From contig JBNZDD010013686.1 in NCBI GenBank assembly GCA_050575255.1, forward strand, positions 1,379,114 to 1,443,113: a stretch of 64,000 nt of DNA. The letters are read 5' to 3'. The notes under the pieces are model-generated. The model ran no database searches, was not told the DNA's origin, and saw only the letters and a list, made by a program, of their open reading frames with translations. Position numbers and translations under genes: made by a program. The stretch is from Harriotta raleighana (Eukaryota). How positions within the stretch are numbered: position 1 is the first letter of the stretch; each line of letters starts with the position of its first letter. Positions 38,483 through 50,023 of this stretch are shown here, piece by piece.

Positions 38483-41384
38483 GTGAATCCTTCGAGAAAA
38501 ATGATTGCTATTCATTTCACCCCATCTTTGAAAATTTCCCATATTGACATAGGTCAGTGGTCGATGACTAATGAAGTCACAGAAAGCCACTCTAAGCTGC
38601 ACTTGTTCATAAGCTACACTCCAAATAGCAAAAATTGAAAGCAAAGTAATCAATTTCAGCCACCAGACAGGAAACACATTCCAGGCAGCGACTGCCAGCG
38701 TACAAAAAACAACATCTGCACAGTTTTACACAACCCTCCTTAAATAGTCAAGCTGTAATGAATTGCACACAAGGTGGACAAGGTAACTTGTCCACCTTAA
38801 AACCAGCAGTCATACTCCACTGCCTCAGTGAGGTCAGCTGTTGACTCATCCTTTCAATTTAAATGATGAATGCAGTATGCACAGCTTTGAATTTAAATCC
38901 TGAACAATATGTATTTTATCATTTTCTACTTGTAGGAACTTGACCCAGTCTTAAAGTACCTCTGTCCATGTAGATCAAACTGCCTTGTGTAACAGACTGA
39001 AAACAATTTGAGGTAGGACATAGTGTAGAAAGATTTAATAGACTTTGCTAAATCACTAAATAACATATCCATGAAGTGTACCACCTGTTCTATTTTGTGG
39101 ATGTTGCTATGAACTCAAATTATCCATCAACTTGGAATTTCAGGCCTAATCCACGGATGCCTATATGCTTTTCAGCGTGGTTTCTCCAATGACCATTCTG
39201 GCTTGCCAGTGTTAGCTGTTACCCCTTTCAACATTTCAGCTGACTAATTCACCATTACCTTCAGCCTCTCCAAACTGAGGTGGATATATATTAAAACATA
39301 AAGTCAACATAAATACAGCAGTTTCACTTTGATCCACACACAAAGATTAGCTTCCTAGAAATCAATGTACCTAAAATGACAATGTTTATTAGATTGGTCT
39401 ACTATATCAACACACTTTGCAATTGTCAGATAGCATTAATAATTGTCTACCATTGATCAAAAAAATTGATCATCTAACCAGGTTCTTGACCAAACGACTC
39501 AGAATCACTGCTCTTATCCATTAGGCCCACTGACTAAAAGCACAGAACCTACTTCAATAGAATGTGCTGTAAGTTTAGAAAAACACACACATGCACAGTA
39601 CCTTACTGTTCTATACTAAGTGTAGAGAACCACATTCTATACCAGAATAAAACTGAATCCATTATTCCTTAGAGGACCCCTCGCTCTAACTATGCCAAAC
39701 AAGAGAACAGCTGTCTATATGAAGCTGACCTAATTTAGTCAGTCATGAAGGGCATTCTCAGAGCCCACCATCACTGAAACCATCCATGCTATAATTCACT
39801 AGCAAAACTCCACCCAACTTCCCCGGTTTGAATTGGCCACTTCATTCAGAGCAGTTCTGCTCTCAGAGTAATTATCCAAATGAATGATCTTATTCTAACA
39901 TTGGGCAAAAAAAGTTCAGAAAACCTTAGTGGTTTGTTTTTGGAAATAAAATGTAAAATTAAGTAGAAGGGTGGTTTAGTGACGTGTTGTACCTTTCAAC
40001 AAGTACCAAACCAGATTTTCCATGTTAGGCAGAGTATTGTGGCAGCCACTAAGTAAAAGAGGACACATATACATATAGAGGAAGTTAAGAAATTAAAAGA
40101 TTTGAACTTGTCAGTGTGTTTTAGGGTGGGTTTACCCCTTTCCACCTTCAAGTCAGGTTTTAGTTTTGAAGGGCTATTCACCAGCTTCCTCAAACCCACA
40201 AATGGGTTCCATGTGATTCTTCCCTGTAACTGATCCCTGGACACTTTGGAAGAGCAGCCTTGGAGGCATGGAAAAAGAAAGTGCTGAATACCTGTTTTTC
40301 CGTATCTTTAGTATGCCCCAAAATGGCACGAATAAGCAATGAAATGATTTTAGCTCACCCTCCAAAGGCAGAGGGGAGCTACTTTGACAAGGATACTATC
40401 CTTGGGATAAGGACCCAAGGTCGTCATCTCAAGGTTAAACTAAGGTCCCTTCCACCCGTTGAAGTGGATGTTGAAGGCATCATGGTACTTCATGCAAACA
40501 GAATAGATTTCTTCCAGTATCCTATTCACAATCACCCCAAATAAAATTTACTTAATAATGAATAATTGCATATGATCTAGCACCTTTCTCTTTGGCAGAA
40601 GTTCTCAAACCACTAGACAATTCAGTGTTGTGACTTGGTATTTTTGTTGGACATCTGTGTATGGTAGTTATATCAAATTGATATTCAGTAGAAAAGGAAG
40701 GTAACTAAACATATATACACAAGTCTATTATAGAACAGCCTAAACTGCCTCCTTCTATATCATCTAGACTGCCCACACAACAAAAAACCTCCAGGCTTTG
40801 TCACCATTACTCAATCCACCTAACAAATGGGGCATGGCAAATTAGTCTGCTCCACTCCTCTACATTAAAAAAAACGCAGCCTTTGCAGGGTATTAGAAGT
40901 GCTTCCCAACTTAAAGCTGAAAGAAAAAAAAAATCTTAATTGGCAGAGTGCTGGAGGTGGTGACACAATATTAGTGATTTTACCCCCAACACCAATTAAG
41001 GCATTCCAGTCCTTCAGTGACTGTTCGCTTTGGAAGACATTCTGAAATACACTCAAAGATCACAGAGATTGCATGAATCGGATGGCAAGGAATTTGTATC
41101 CATTTGGTCAGTGCAGAGATTTTCCAAACTAAACCAACCTCAGCACAAACATCTCAAATATTCTGGCCTTCACAAAGTCTCTTCAGAAGCTTTCACCATC
41201 CATTGCAAGTTAGACAAAGAAAACCTTTCAAGTGCCACTTTATTATTCTAGTTCACACAAATAAGGAACTTCACCCACTGGGCAAGGTAACAGCACAACA
41301 CAAAAGATTGGAAACTCAAAATTTCCCCCTCCACCCAAAGAACATTACGCACCTTTATTGTCAGAGTAAGTTTCATTACTCCAC

Positions 41385-41579
41385 ACACCTGATAATAATC
41401 CCTCGAGAAAAAAACAATAATTGGTCACTTCAATTCACAATTGCTTATGGGACACTGCTGTGCGGAATTCACCCACAAATATACAGTCAATTCACTTTAC
41501 AGTATGTTCTGTGAAGTGCTTTGAGATATCAAGGAGACGTAAAAGTGCTATATCTAATGCAAGGGTTATTTATTATTAT
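41385..41579 (+). mobile_element. tRNA-headed SINE, 3' half
   Basis: ACACCTGATAATAATCCCTC...TTGGTCACTTCAATTCAC...GTGCTATATCTAATGCAAGGGTTATTTATTATT. Confidence 0.85.
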
Positions 41580-42799
41580 CTAAGTATGATGGGACATTGT
41601 TTCCTTTGTACGATTAGAATATTTATTAAAAGTTAGGAAAGTTATGACATTTTTCTTCTGGAGGCAAGTCCCAAAAAGCACAATGTTTTAAAATGGAGAT
41701 GTGATGGGACATTTTCGTAACTTCGAAATGACTTGCATACAGCTGGAAAATTAAACTCAAGTGATAGTATTGTGCTGTAATCCCCATGGAAATACTGGTG
41801 CATCAATGCCTATCAGCAGCTGTCTACTATATTAAGAATCATCCAACTTGTATTATTACAGGAAAATACACAGGAGATGCATTGTAAAACTCTAGCATAT
41901 ATATATATATCAGATAACATCAGAACAAGCATGCAAATTTGAAGGGCGTCACCCAGCAAGATAATATAATTCAGATAAACCATAAATCCTAGGAATGCCC
42001 AGCTGTTCGCTCCTGTGCCAATCTCAGTGCTAAAATGGTTGTGAACCAAATGCTGACATGTTTTTCCACTTACAATCCTCAACTTCTGGTATTTACTCAA
42101 GAAGATGAAACAAACAAAGAAACTAGCAATGCAACTATGACAACATGCTTCATTATGAAGCTACATTCAAGTGCATTTCCTCCAATTTACATTGACAATA
42201 GAGTATCTGATCAAAACACAACTGTGAGTTGGTGCAAGTTGTATCTCTCTGACCACTTTTAAATGCTCTAGTTGGTGAGGGACTTCCTAATATTGCGTAA
42301 ACAGTAGGTATGATCATGGAGGGGAGCAACATCAAAGATAATTTGAGCAATCATTGCTGTAGATGACTACAGAGGAAAGAATCACTCGGGTTGGCAGATG
42401 GAAATCCCCAGGAAAGTTTCACACGTGCCATTTAGTTCAGTTCGAGTAAAAATACAAAATGAATCACAAGTAACAAGTTTTAACGCAACAGTATTCACTT
42501 CGAATCTATAGCATCATACATTTACTGTCAGGGTGTTGTGCAAAGAACAAAGTTCAGAGTCTGAGTCATGCTACATGTGGTTTTTGGAATGTCTTGACCT
42601 CAGCATTTTATGTTGGTCAGCTGGTGTCTGACACATGCAGAAATCGTCAACGTGCTCAACACTATCCAGACCAGCCTGAAATTTCCACATGTGTACCATC
42701 TGGACATAGAAATTTCCCCACACAAAAATGTGTCTGAAATGGAACGCATACTCTCTTCCAACTTGGATGCCCCTAGCATTTGGATGGAATTGTAGCTCA

Positions 42800-43172
42800 G
42801 TGGAATCCTATAGTGCGGTGGTGAGAGCACTCGCCTCACAAGCAAGAGACTTGGGTTCGATTCCAGGGAGGGCGAAACATTGGGCAAGTTTCCTTACTCC
42901 ACATGCCTGTTTACCTAGCAGTAAATAGGAACCTGTTTGTTAGTCGACTGGTAGATCGCTTTTCTGAGGATAATAATTCCTTCAATTTTTAAAAATTGGT
43001 TAGTCAATCCACAACTGTTTGTAATACACTGCTGTGCACAATTGGCTGCCCCATTTTGCCCACAAAATATACCATCAATTCACTTTAACAGTATATTCTG
43101 TGAAGCACATTGAGACATCTCAAACAATTGATAAGGCACTTTATCAAATGCAAGGATTATTATTATAATTAT
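42800..43172 (+). mobile_element. tRNA-headed SINE (long subfamily), full length
   Basis: GTGGAATCCTATAGTGCGGTGGTGAGAGCACTCGCCTCACAAGCAAGAGACTTGGGTTCGATTCC; extra internal segment GCCTGTTTACCTAGCAGTAAATAGGAACC; (ATT)n tail. Confidence 0.9.
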
Positions 43173-43925
43173 GAAGGAGTCCACAATACTGGTTCTTCTT
43201 TAGCTGTCGGTGAAGTTTGTACATGACATTTACCAAGTGGGAAATGCCCAAGTGGCTATTGTTTTTTTTACATTTTGTGATCAGTAATGATTGGTTACAC
43301 AACGTGGGATAATATAATCCTTGCGTTTCATATAGCATTTTATCAAATCCTCAATGTTTCACAGGATTTACGTAAAGTGTAGTGATTGTATCTTCTCAGC
43401 AAGAAACAGTACCAAGAAGTTGTGAAGCTCCCCCTGCCTTTGTATGAATTCTTAATGTGGGGGAAGGGGAAGAAATAATGTGGGTTCATGCAGATATTTT
43501 CCAATTTGGGCCTCCTTCATTCAATTGGATTAGACCATTTACTTTAACTCCTCCCAAGGTCATGTTGCGCGTGAATGTCCAATCTCATTCCCACAACAGG
43601 AGACTTCCAGAATAGAATAGAGGGAGGGCCGATATCTGTACAACAGACTGGGAATTTGCACTCAAAAAGTGTGTGATACCTTATTGACTAGTTGCTAAAA
43701 GACTATTACAGACAGGACAGCTTTCGAATGCCATTTCCTAAAGTGGACTAAATACACTTGGAGATTTTGTAGTCACACCATAGACCTGACATGTCTTGAA
43801 GCTATCGTTCATTGAGGTACAAGCCTCTCTCCACATCAGTAACATTTATTACTACTACAGTTTTCCAATTCCCAGCACTAGTTTTTATAGGAAATATCTC
43901 TTGCAGAAGCTGATGCGCTTAATAA

Positions 43926-44042
43926 AAATAATAATAATAATCCTTGCATTTGATAATAGCGCTTTTCCCATCTTTTAGATGTCTCAAAGCGCTTCACAGA
44001 ATTTACTGTAAAGTGATTGACTGTATATTTGTGGGCAAAATA
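43926..44042 (-). mobile_element. tRNA-headed SINE 3' fragment
   Basis: (AAT)nCCTTGCATTTGATAATAGCGCTTTT...GACTGTATATTTGTGGGCAAAA. Confidence 0.85.
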
Positions 44043-44871
44043 AGATAATGCTGGGATCCAGAAGGAAACCAAAGGAATGGCAGCAAACATGCCCACTGTT
44101 CTCCCCAGGAATGGTCCACTCGCTCAGGTTTTACTGCACCGTTTTCATTCCAAGATTTCAGAGAGCTAGACTGCCAGCTTTGTAGTGGCTGAGCTTTCAG
44201 CCAGAAGGGTGGAGGAATTCACTGATGGTTGAGAAAAAACTAAGAAGGGAGGGCAATGGAACTGATCACACGTAGCCAAACATCAGTCTGAAGAGAGAGT
44301 CTATGCTTCATTCTTCAAGCCCGCATGCTGTGAATGTTTGGTTTGTCCTTATGGCTGCCAACAGGGGTATTTAGTCAAGGCAAAGAAGAAAATAAGGATA
44401 AAGGCAATTCTATCTGGCCCCTTGTCAGGGGTGGAAAAGGGGATTTGAGAGAGGTCCCCTTTCGTGTTGACAGAGAAGGAAGGACCACAGCAAATGATTT
44501 AGTTCCAGGATCTGATGAATACCTCATGTCTTTAATCAAACATACAAAAGTGAATGTTTATGTTCATCACCTTTCTTTAGCTGGGAGGAAAGACTGTTTG
44601 ACAGTGATTTACCTGTGATCACCATTAATTTGGCTGGACTGGATACCAGATGGGTGCATTTACTGGCACAAGCCAATTAACTTTTGATTCCTCCTAACTG
44701 TGGTACAACAGACAATTAACCCCCAAAATACTGTATGGGGAGCAAAAAACAGTACTGTACTTCTAAACTCAAAATCAGGCTCATGACAAGAAAGTGGGCA
44801 GTTATTTTTTTTAAAACAACATTGTACAACCTGATACTTATCTATCTCTCACAACACTTTACAGTGCTTGC

Positions 44872-45194
44872 TATAATATAATAATCCTTGCATTTTGATA
44901 TAGCGCTTTTCACATCTTCTAGACATCTCAAAGTGCTTCACAGAATACACCTGCAAAGTGAATGGACGGTATATTTGTGGGCGAAACGTGGCAGCCAATT
45001 GCGCACAGCAGTGTCCCACAAACAGTCGTGGATTGAAATGAGAAATTTATTATAGGGTTTTTTTGATGGATTATTATTAGGCGTGTGGAGTAAGGAAACT
45101 TGCCCAAGGTTTCGCCCTGACCTGCCTGAATTCGAAACACAAGTCTCACGTTTATAAGGCGAGTGCTCTAACCACTGAGCTACAGAACTCCACT
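44872..45194 (-). mobile_element. tRNA-headed SINE (short subfamily), full length
   Basis: Minus strand GTGGAGTTCTGTAGCTCAGTGGTTAGAGCACTCGCCTTATAAACG...; same body as 5047-5357. Confidence 0.92.
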
Positions 45195-47249
45195 ACATGG
45201 TCCTTGAACGAAGAATGAATATGAGAAGAATTGCTATTAAATCATCATCATCCAATGGAGTAGATTGTAGTTGACAAAAATGTTAGCCCACAAGAGTGCA
45301 CAGAACAAGCTTATTTAAACATAGCCTGAAGTATTCACATGTATATAACTGCTAAACAAGACTTGGTATTGAATGCAGAGGCTTAGGCGTTCAAAAAGTA
45401 CAAAGAAGAAAAACATCAAAATGGAACAGCCCAACAGAAATACGGATGAATTCAGTCCAAATAAGTTAAAACTTGTGTGTAGCAAATAGATTTTGTTCAT
45501 TGCTTCAGTCTGCGTACCATACATCATTAAGAAACTGCAGGAACTCCACTAAAAAGCAGGTAGTTAACTGCTTTAGCCCTTGTTGGTCTCATTTTTCCAC
45601 ATTCTCCAGGCACAGCCCCCCTGCTGCTCCCATTGTTCTTAACAGGCAGCAGAGGTTAACTGGGCCTCCTCGGAGAAAGGTCAGAGCTCAATGCCTCCAG
45701 GCCTATGACCTTGGGTTCCTGTTCCCACGTGTCAGTCTGAAAACCACGCAGAGTTACAGGTAGCAACACTCTATCCAGGCGACTCTTTGTATTATCTATG
45801 AGTCTTCGTAAACAATTCAAAGACTATTAAAAATTCTCTCGTTAAACATAAGACGCAAATGCTTTTGCAAATGATACACAGATCCAAAGTACTGCAGTTT
45901 TGTCCCATTAATACACTTCCTTAAAATCTCAGTTTTGTTGTAAAAAATGGTTGTGTCCACATGTTTGAAGAGGTTAGAATAAGGAAGAGGACAGGTGAGG
46001 AATAGTCACGTTATTCTTTCCATTCTCTTAAAAAACAGCTGCAAACAACTTGTTCACTTACTCATGTGGTGATGGAACCCATGTGACAGGCAAGAGGAAG
46101 TGGGGAAAATGAGGGAAACTAAATGCAGAATGAAACATTTTAAAGAAAAAAATTCTACTGTACCATCATCACAGTGATCTTCTTCTCTGAATACAGAAAA
46201 ATATTTAAAATGCATGTAACACTGTATAAATTGTTTGTTTGCCTGATAATAAGTTGCTATATTTTACAGTAAATTCTGTGAAACTCTTTGGAGACTGTTT
46301 CCCATTGTGCAAGGTGTTATATAAAATTAAAACTTTTTAAAATACTGATTATAAAGCAACATTTAGCCTGCACTTGGAAAACAGGAAAGGACACATGGAG
46401 TAGACTTTGGAACAGAAGCAAACAACGCTGCATTCCAAATAACGCTGTCATAGTATGATACTAGTTTTAGACAACACTAGAGAATAATACTACAATCAGT
46501 ATAGCATCTTTCACATCAGTAGGGTGTCCGAAAGTGCTTTGCAGGATATACTGTACAATGCAGTGACTACGTGTATTTTGTGGACAAATAAAACTGGAGG
46601 GTTTCATGGATTTTTCTAGTTTACAATCTCCTGTTTATGTGGGATACATTTAGAAATCTGTTCAGACTTGCACGATTGCAACTTTCTCTCTTCTACAAGT
46701 TTCCGTCTCGTTCAATTTTAAGCTTTTTTTTGCTTAAGGATACAGTTAATACCAATCAGCATAAGCTTACACTGAAAGCTACAGAACATATTAAGTAGCA
46801 TGAGGTGGGGGGTGAAATACCTTTGAGGCTTCATTACCACTTCAAATTAATAGCTCATGAAATGATTTTTGCTTTCCTTGGGAACTAGGCATGCATTTTA
46901 ATGCTGAGTTTTCTATCTTGGAGGAGGGGGAAATAGGAGACTGCACACTGTATTCCAAAAGCATTCAGAGAAGTTATGTTAAGCAGGCCCGAATTCCAGC
47001 TGTAGATAATAATAAATCCTGCCTTAAAGCAGAGGAAGTTCCTCCTGGGTGCAATCATGCAGAAAGGAATATGGCAGAATTCCACTGTGCTCAGACACAC
47101 ACACACATATATATATAGTGTACTAGAACTTCTAAGTAAAACAACTTGCTATTCAAAAACTTTACATTGTTTAAACTTTAAATTTGCATTGAAGGTTTTA
47201 CTCTTAGCTAGATTTATTTTAGTCTATCCATCTTGTAATTAGTAATGTT

Positions 47250-47468
47250 GATGGTCAGATCACTTACCTTTACAAGCGAGAGTCCTGGGTTCAATTCCAG
47301 GCTGGATGAAACCTTGGGCAAGTCACTTTACTCCACGCCTAATAACCCCTCAAAAAAAATTGTAATTTCAATCCACGTCAATTCACTTTACAATATATTC
47401 TGCAAAGCGCTTTGAGGCGTCTAGAAGATGTGAAAGCACTATATCAAATGCAGGGATTATTATTATTG
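47250..47468 (+). mobile_element. tRNA-headed SINE with internal deletion
   Basis: ACAAGCGAGAGTCCTGGGTTCAATTCCAGG...ACCTTGGGCAAGTCACTTTACTCC; jumps from AATCCAC to GTCAATTCAC (lacks the TTTGTGGGACAC segment); (ATT)n tail. Confidence 0.85.
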
Positions 47469-47912
47469 CTGTGGTCTGTTTACACTGAACAAATTACACA
47501 GCAAATGTTTCATTTCAGAGGAACTGGATGGAGTAATAATTTATAGCAATGTAATAAATGCTCAGGAGGATTTAGATTGTGGCTTGCATTTACATTGATA
47601 ATGATTAAAGAAGAAATCAAACTCACAGAAACTAAACAATATTGTATTCCAACAGCACTTTTCACATTAGGAGTATATCCAAAAGTGCTTTGCAGGATGT
47701 ACTGGAAAATGCAGTTGACTGACTGCCTGTGTATTTGTGGGCAAGTAATACTGGAGACTTTCATAGATTTTCCTGCAGTTTGCAATCTCCTGTGAATGTT
47801 CAGTCCGTTCAGAAATCTGTGACTATCAACTAAGTGAATACAAAGACAGTGAGTGAAAGTTTCATTTTTGTTTCACCCAAACTGCTATAATGTTCCTCTG
47901 GCAAAATAAATT

Positions 47913-47936
47913 TGTGTCTGTGTGTGTGTGTGTGTG
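47913..47936 (+). repeat. (TG)n microsatellite
   Basis: TGTGTCTG followed by a (TG)n run. Confidence 0.9.
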
Positions 47937-48446
47937 TTTTTACAACCACCAAAATGTTATCAGGAGGTTAACATTCCACAACTTTCCTGAACTGATTCCA
48001 GGTCTTTATGTAGGAAAGATAGCAAATCACAGGAAATTGGCCTTAGAAATTCCAACGGCTTGACCCTCCTGAAAACTACCCTTCTGCCGACTGCACTCCA
48101 TTATTCCTGTCTACTACCGCCAGGCCTCCCTGCAGCCTTCCTCTACCAATCAGGCCAACAGATGGAGATAGCTAATAAAGACCAATTTGTCTTGTGCAGT
48201 ACAATCAAGACAATCAGCACTCACCTCTTCAACAGATCTGACACAGTAACCTCTTAAGCCAAGGTCCCTTCCAGTTCCCTGAGCCAGGCCCAGAAGGATT
48301 AGCACTTCAGATTAACAACATAATTTTACATGACTATGGCAGGTAAAGTTTAAAGAACGTTTCCACTTCCCGAAAAGCTTACCTAAATCTTACATAATGT
48401 CTCCTCAAATTTGAACATTTCAGAAAACAGCTATGGTCACTTTATT

Positions 48447-48745
48447 GTGGAATCCTGTAGCTCAGTGGTTAGAGCACTCGCCTCGCAAGTGAGAGACCTG
48501 GTTTTGATTCCCAGAAGGGCAAAATCTTGGCCAAGTTTTTTTACTCCACACCCTTGATAATAAACAATAATAAATTGGTCACTTCAATCCATGACTGTTT
48601 GTGGGATACTGCTGTGCACAATTGACTGCCACATTTTGTCCATAAAATAGTCAATTCACTTTACAATATGTTCTGTGAAGCGCTTTGAGACTTCTCGAAG
48701 ATGTGAAAAACACTATCAAATGCAAGAATTATTATTATTTATTAT
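48447..48745 (+). mobile_element. tRNA-headed SINE (short subfamily), full length
   Basis: GTGGAATCCTGTAGCTCAGTGGTTAGAGCACTCGCCTCGCAAGTGAGAGACC, shared body and (ATT)n tail. Confidence 0.92.
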
Positions 48746-49690
48746 GATTATCGCTACAACCAATATGGAAGTGATTGAAGTCACACAACTTCAAACATAG
48801 TTGCTCCTGAAAAATGTCTACATCCCATCCTATGAATCAGTTTGTAGCCATCCACTCTCCACCATATAGATAAAAATTTTTAGGTATTAAAAACAATTAG
48901 ACTAGAGGACGTTAGATCCTAGAATTAGATTATCTGTGACCACATCCAGGACATTCCAATTTTTGCACAACATGAAGTCTCTCTCCTGATGCCTTCCATT
49001 GCTGAATATCCTCCTGATGCCCATGAACAGTAACAAATTGGTTAATGGGGGAGTGGAGGGACAGGTAGGAAATCAATGCTTTTGTAAGTCATTCTTTGTA
49101 AATCTTTAGGGTACAAGCTGGAGGGAGGAGTATGTGGGAACTCACATGAAGTATAAGCTTCAGAAATGACCAGTTTCCGTGCTCTTTGCAATCTTAATAA
49201 GTGTGTTGGGGGCGCAGGGGGAGAATGGAGAAAGACTTCAGCAGGAGAAAGCAATTTCTTTTTTTAAAAAAGGAAAGGCTTTCTTATTTTATACTTAAAT
49301 GAAACACGTAAAAAATAATTAAAAACTTATGATTTATAGCTCCATAGATTTGGGGAAAAAACAAACCCTGACAAGATTGCAGCATTGAAATTATTCCCAG
49401 CTTGTCATTCTATACATAATCCTCAAAAAGATACCTAATATAGCTATCAGTGATTTTAAACTTAGTTTTGCTGATGGTCAATATTATCATCCCAAAGCAA
49501 GATTTATGGTCATCTGCCTCTACATTAATTCGAGGAGAAGTACCATCATCATCTTTGAATCATTTACAGTACTTAGAACCATCAAAAACGAGTCCATTCT
49601 TGATCTGTATACAATACTGCAATAAAAAGTTTGCTAGCACAATATTGTACCGAGTAGCTGCAGAAAATCATTCATGGTCTTGCATAGTTT

Positions 49691-50023
49691 GTGGAGCTCC
49701 TGTGGCTCAGTGGTTAGAGCATTCGCCTTACATGCCTTACAAGCATGAGACCTGTGTTTGAATCCAGGCAGATCAGGGCGAAACCTTGGGCAAGTTTCCT
49801 TACTCCACATGCCTAATAATAATCCCTCCAAAAAAACCACAATAATAAAATTGGTCATTTCAATCCACAACTGTTTGTGGGACACTGCTGTGCGCAATTG
49901 GCTGCCGCGTTCCGCCCACAAATATACAGTCAATTCACTTTACAGTATATTCTGTGAAGCGCTTTGGAACGTTGATAAAATGTGAAAAGCGCTATATCAA
50001 ATGCAAGGATTATTATTATTATT
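49691..50023 (+). mobile_element. Young tRNA-headed SINE (short subfamily), full length
   Basis: GTGGAGCTCCTGTGGCTCAGTGGTTAGAGC, a small GCCTTACA duplication at 49725-49741, CpG-retaining body and (ATT)n tail; near-identical to the reverse complement of 5047-5357. Confidence 0.93.

Noticed and set aside
48447-48520. tRNA gene
   Set aside because: A/B boxes belong to SINE heads that run on into the SINE body; no complete cloverleaf acceptor stem or poly-T terminator.
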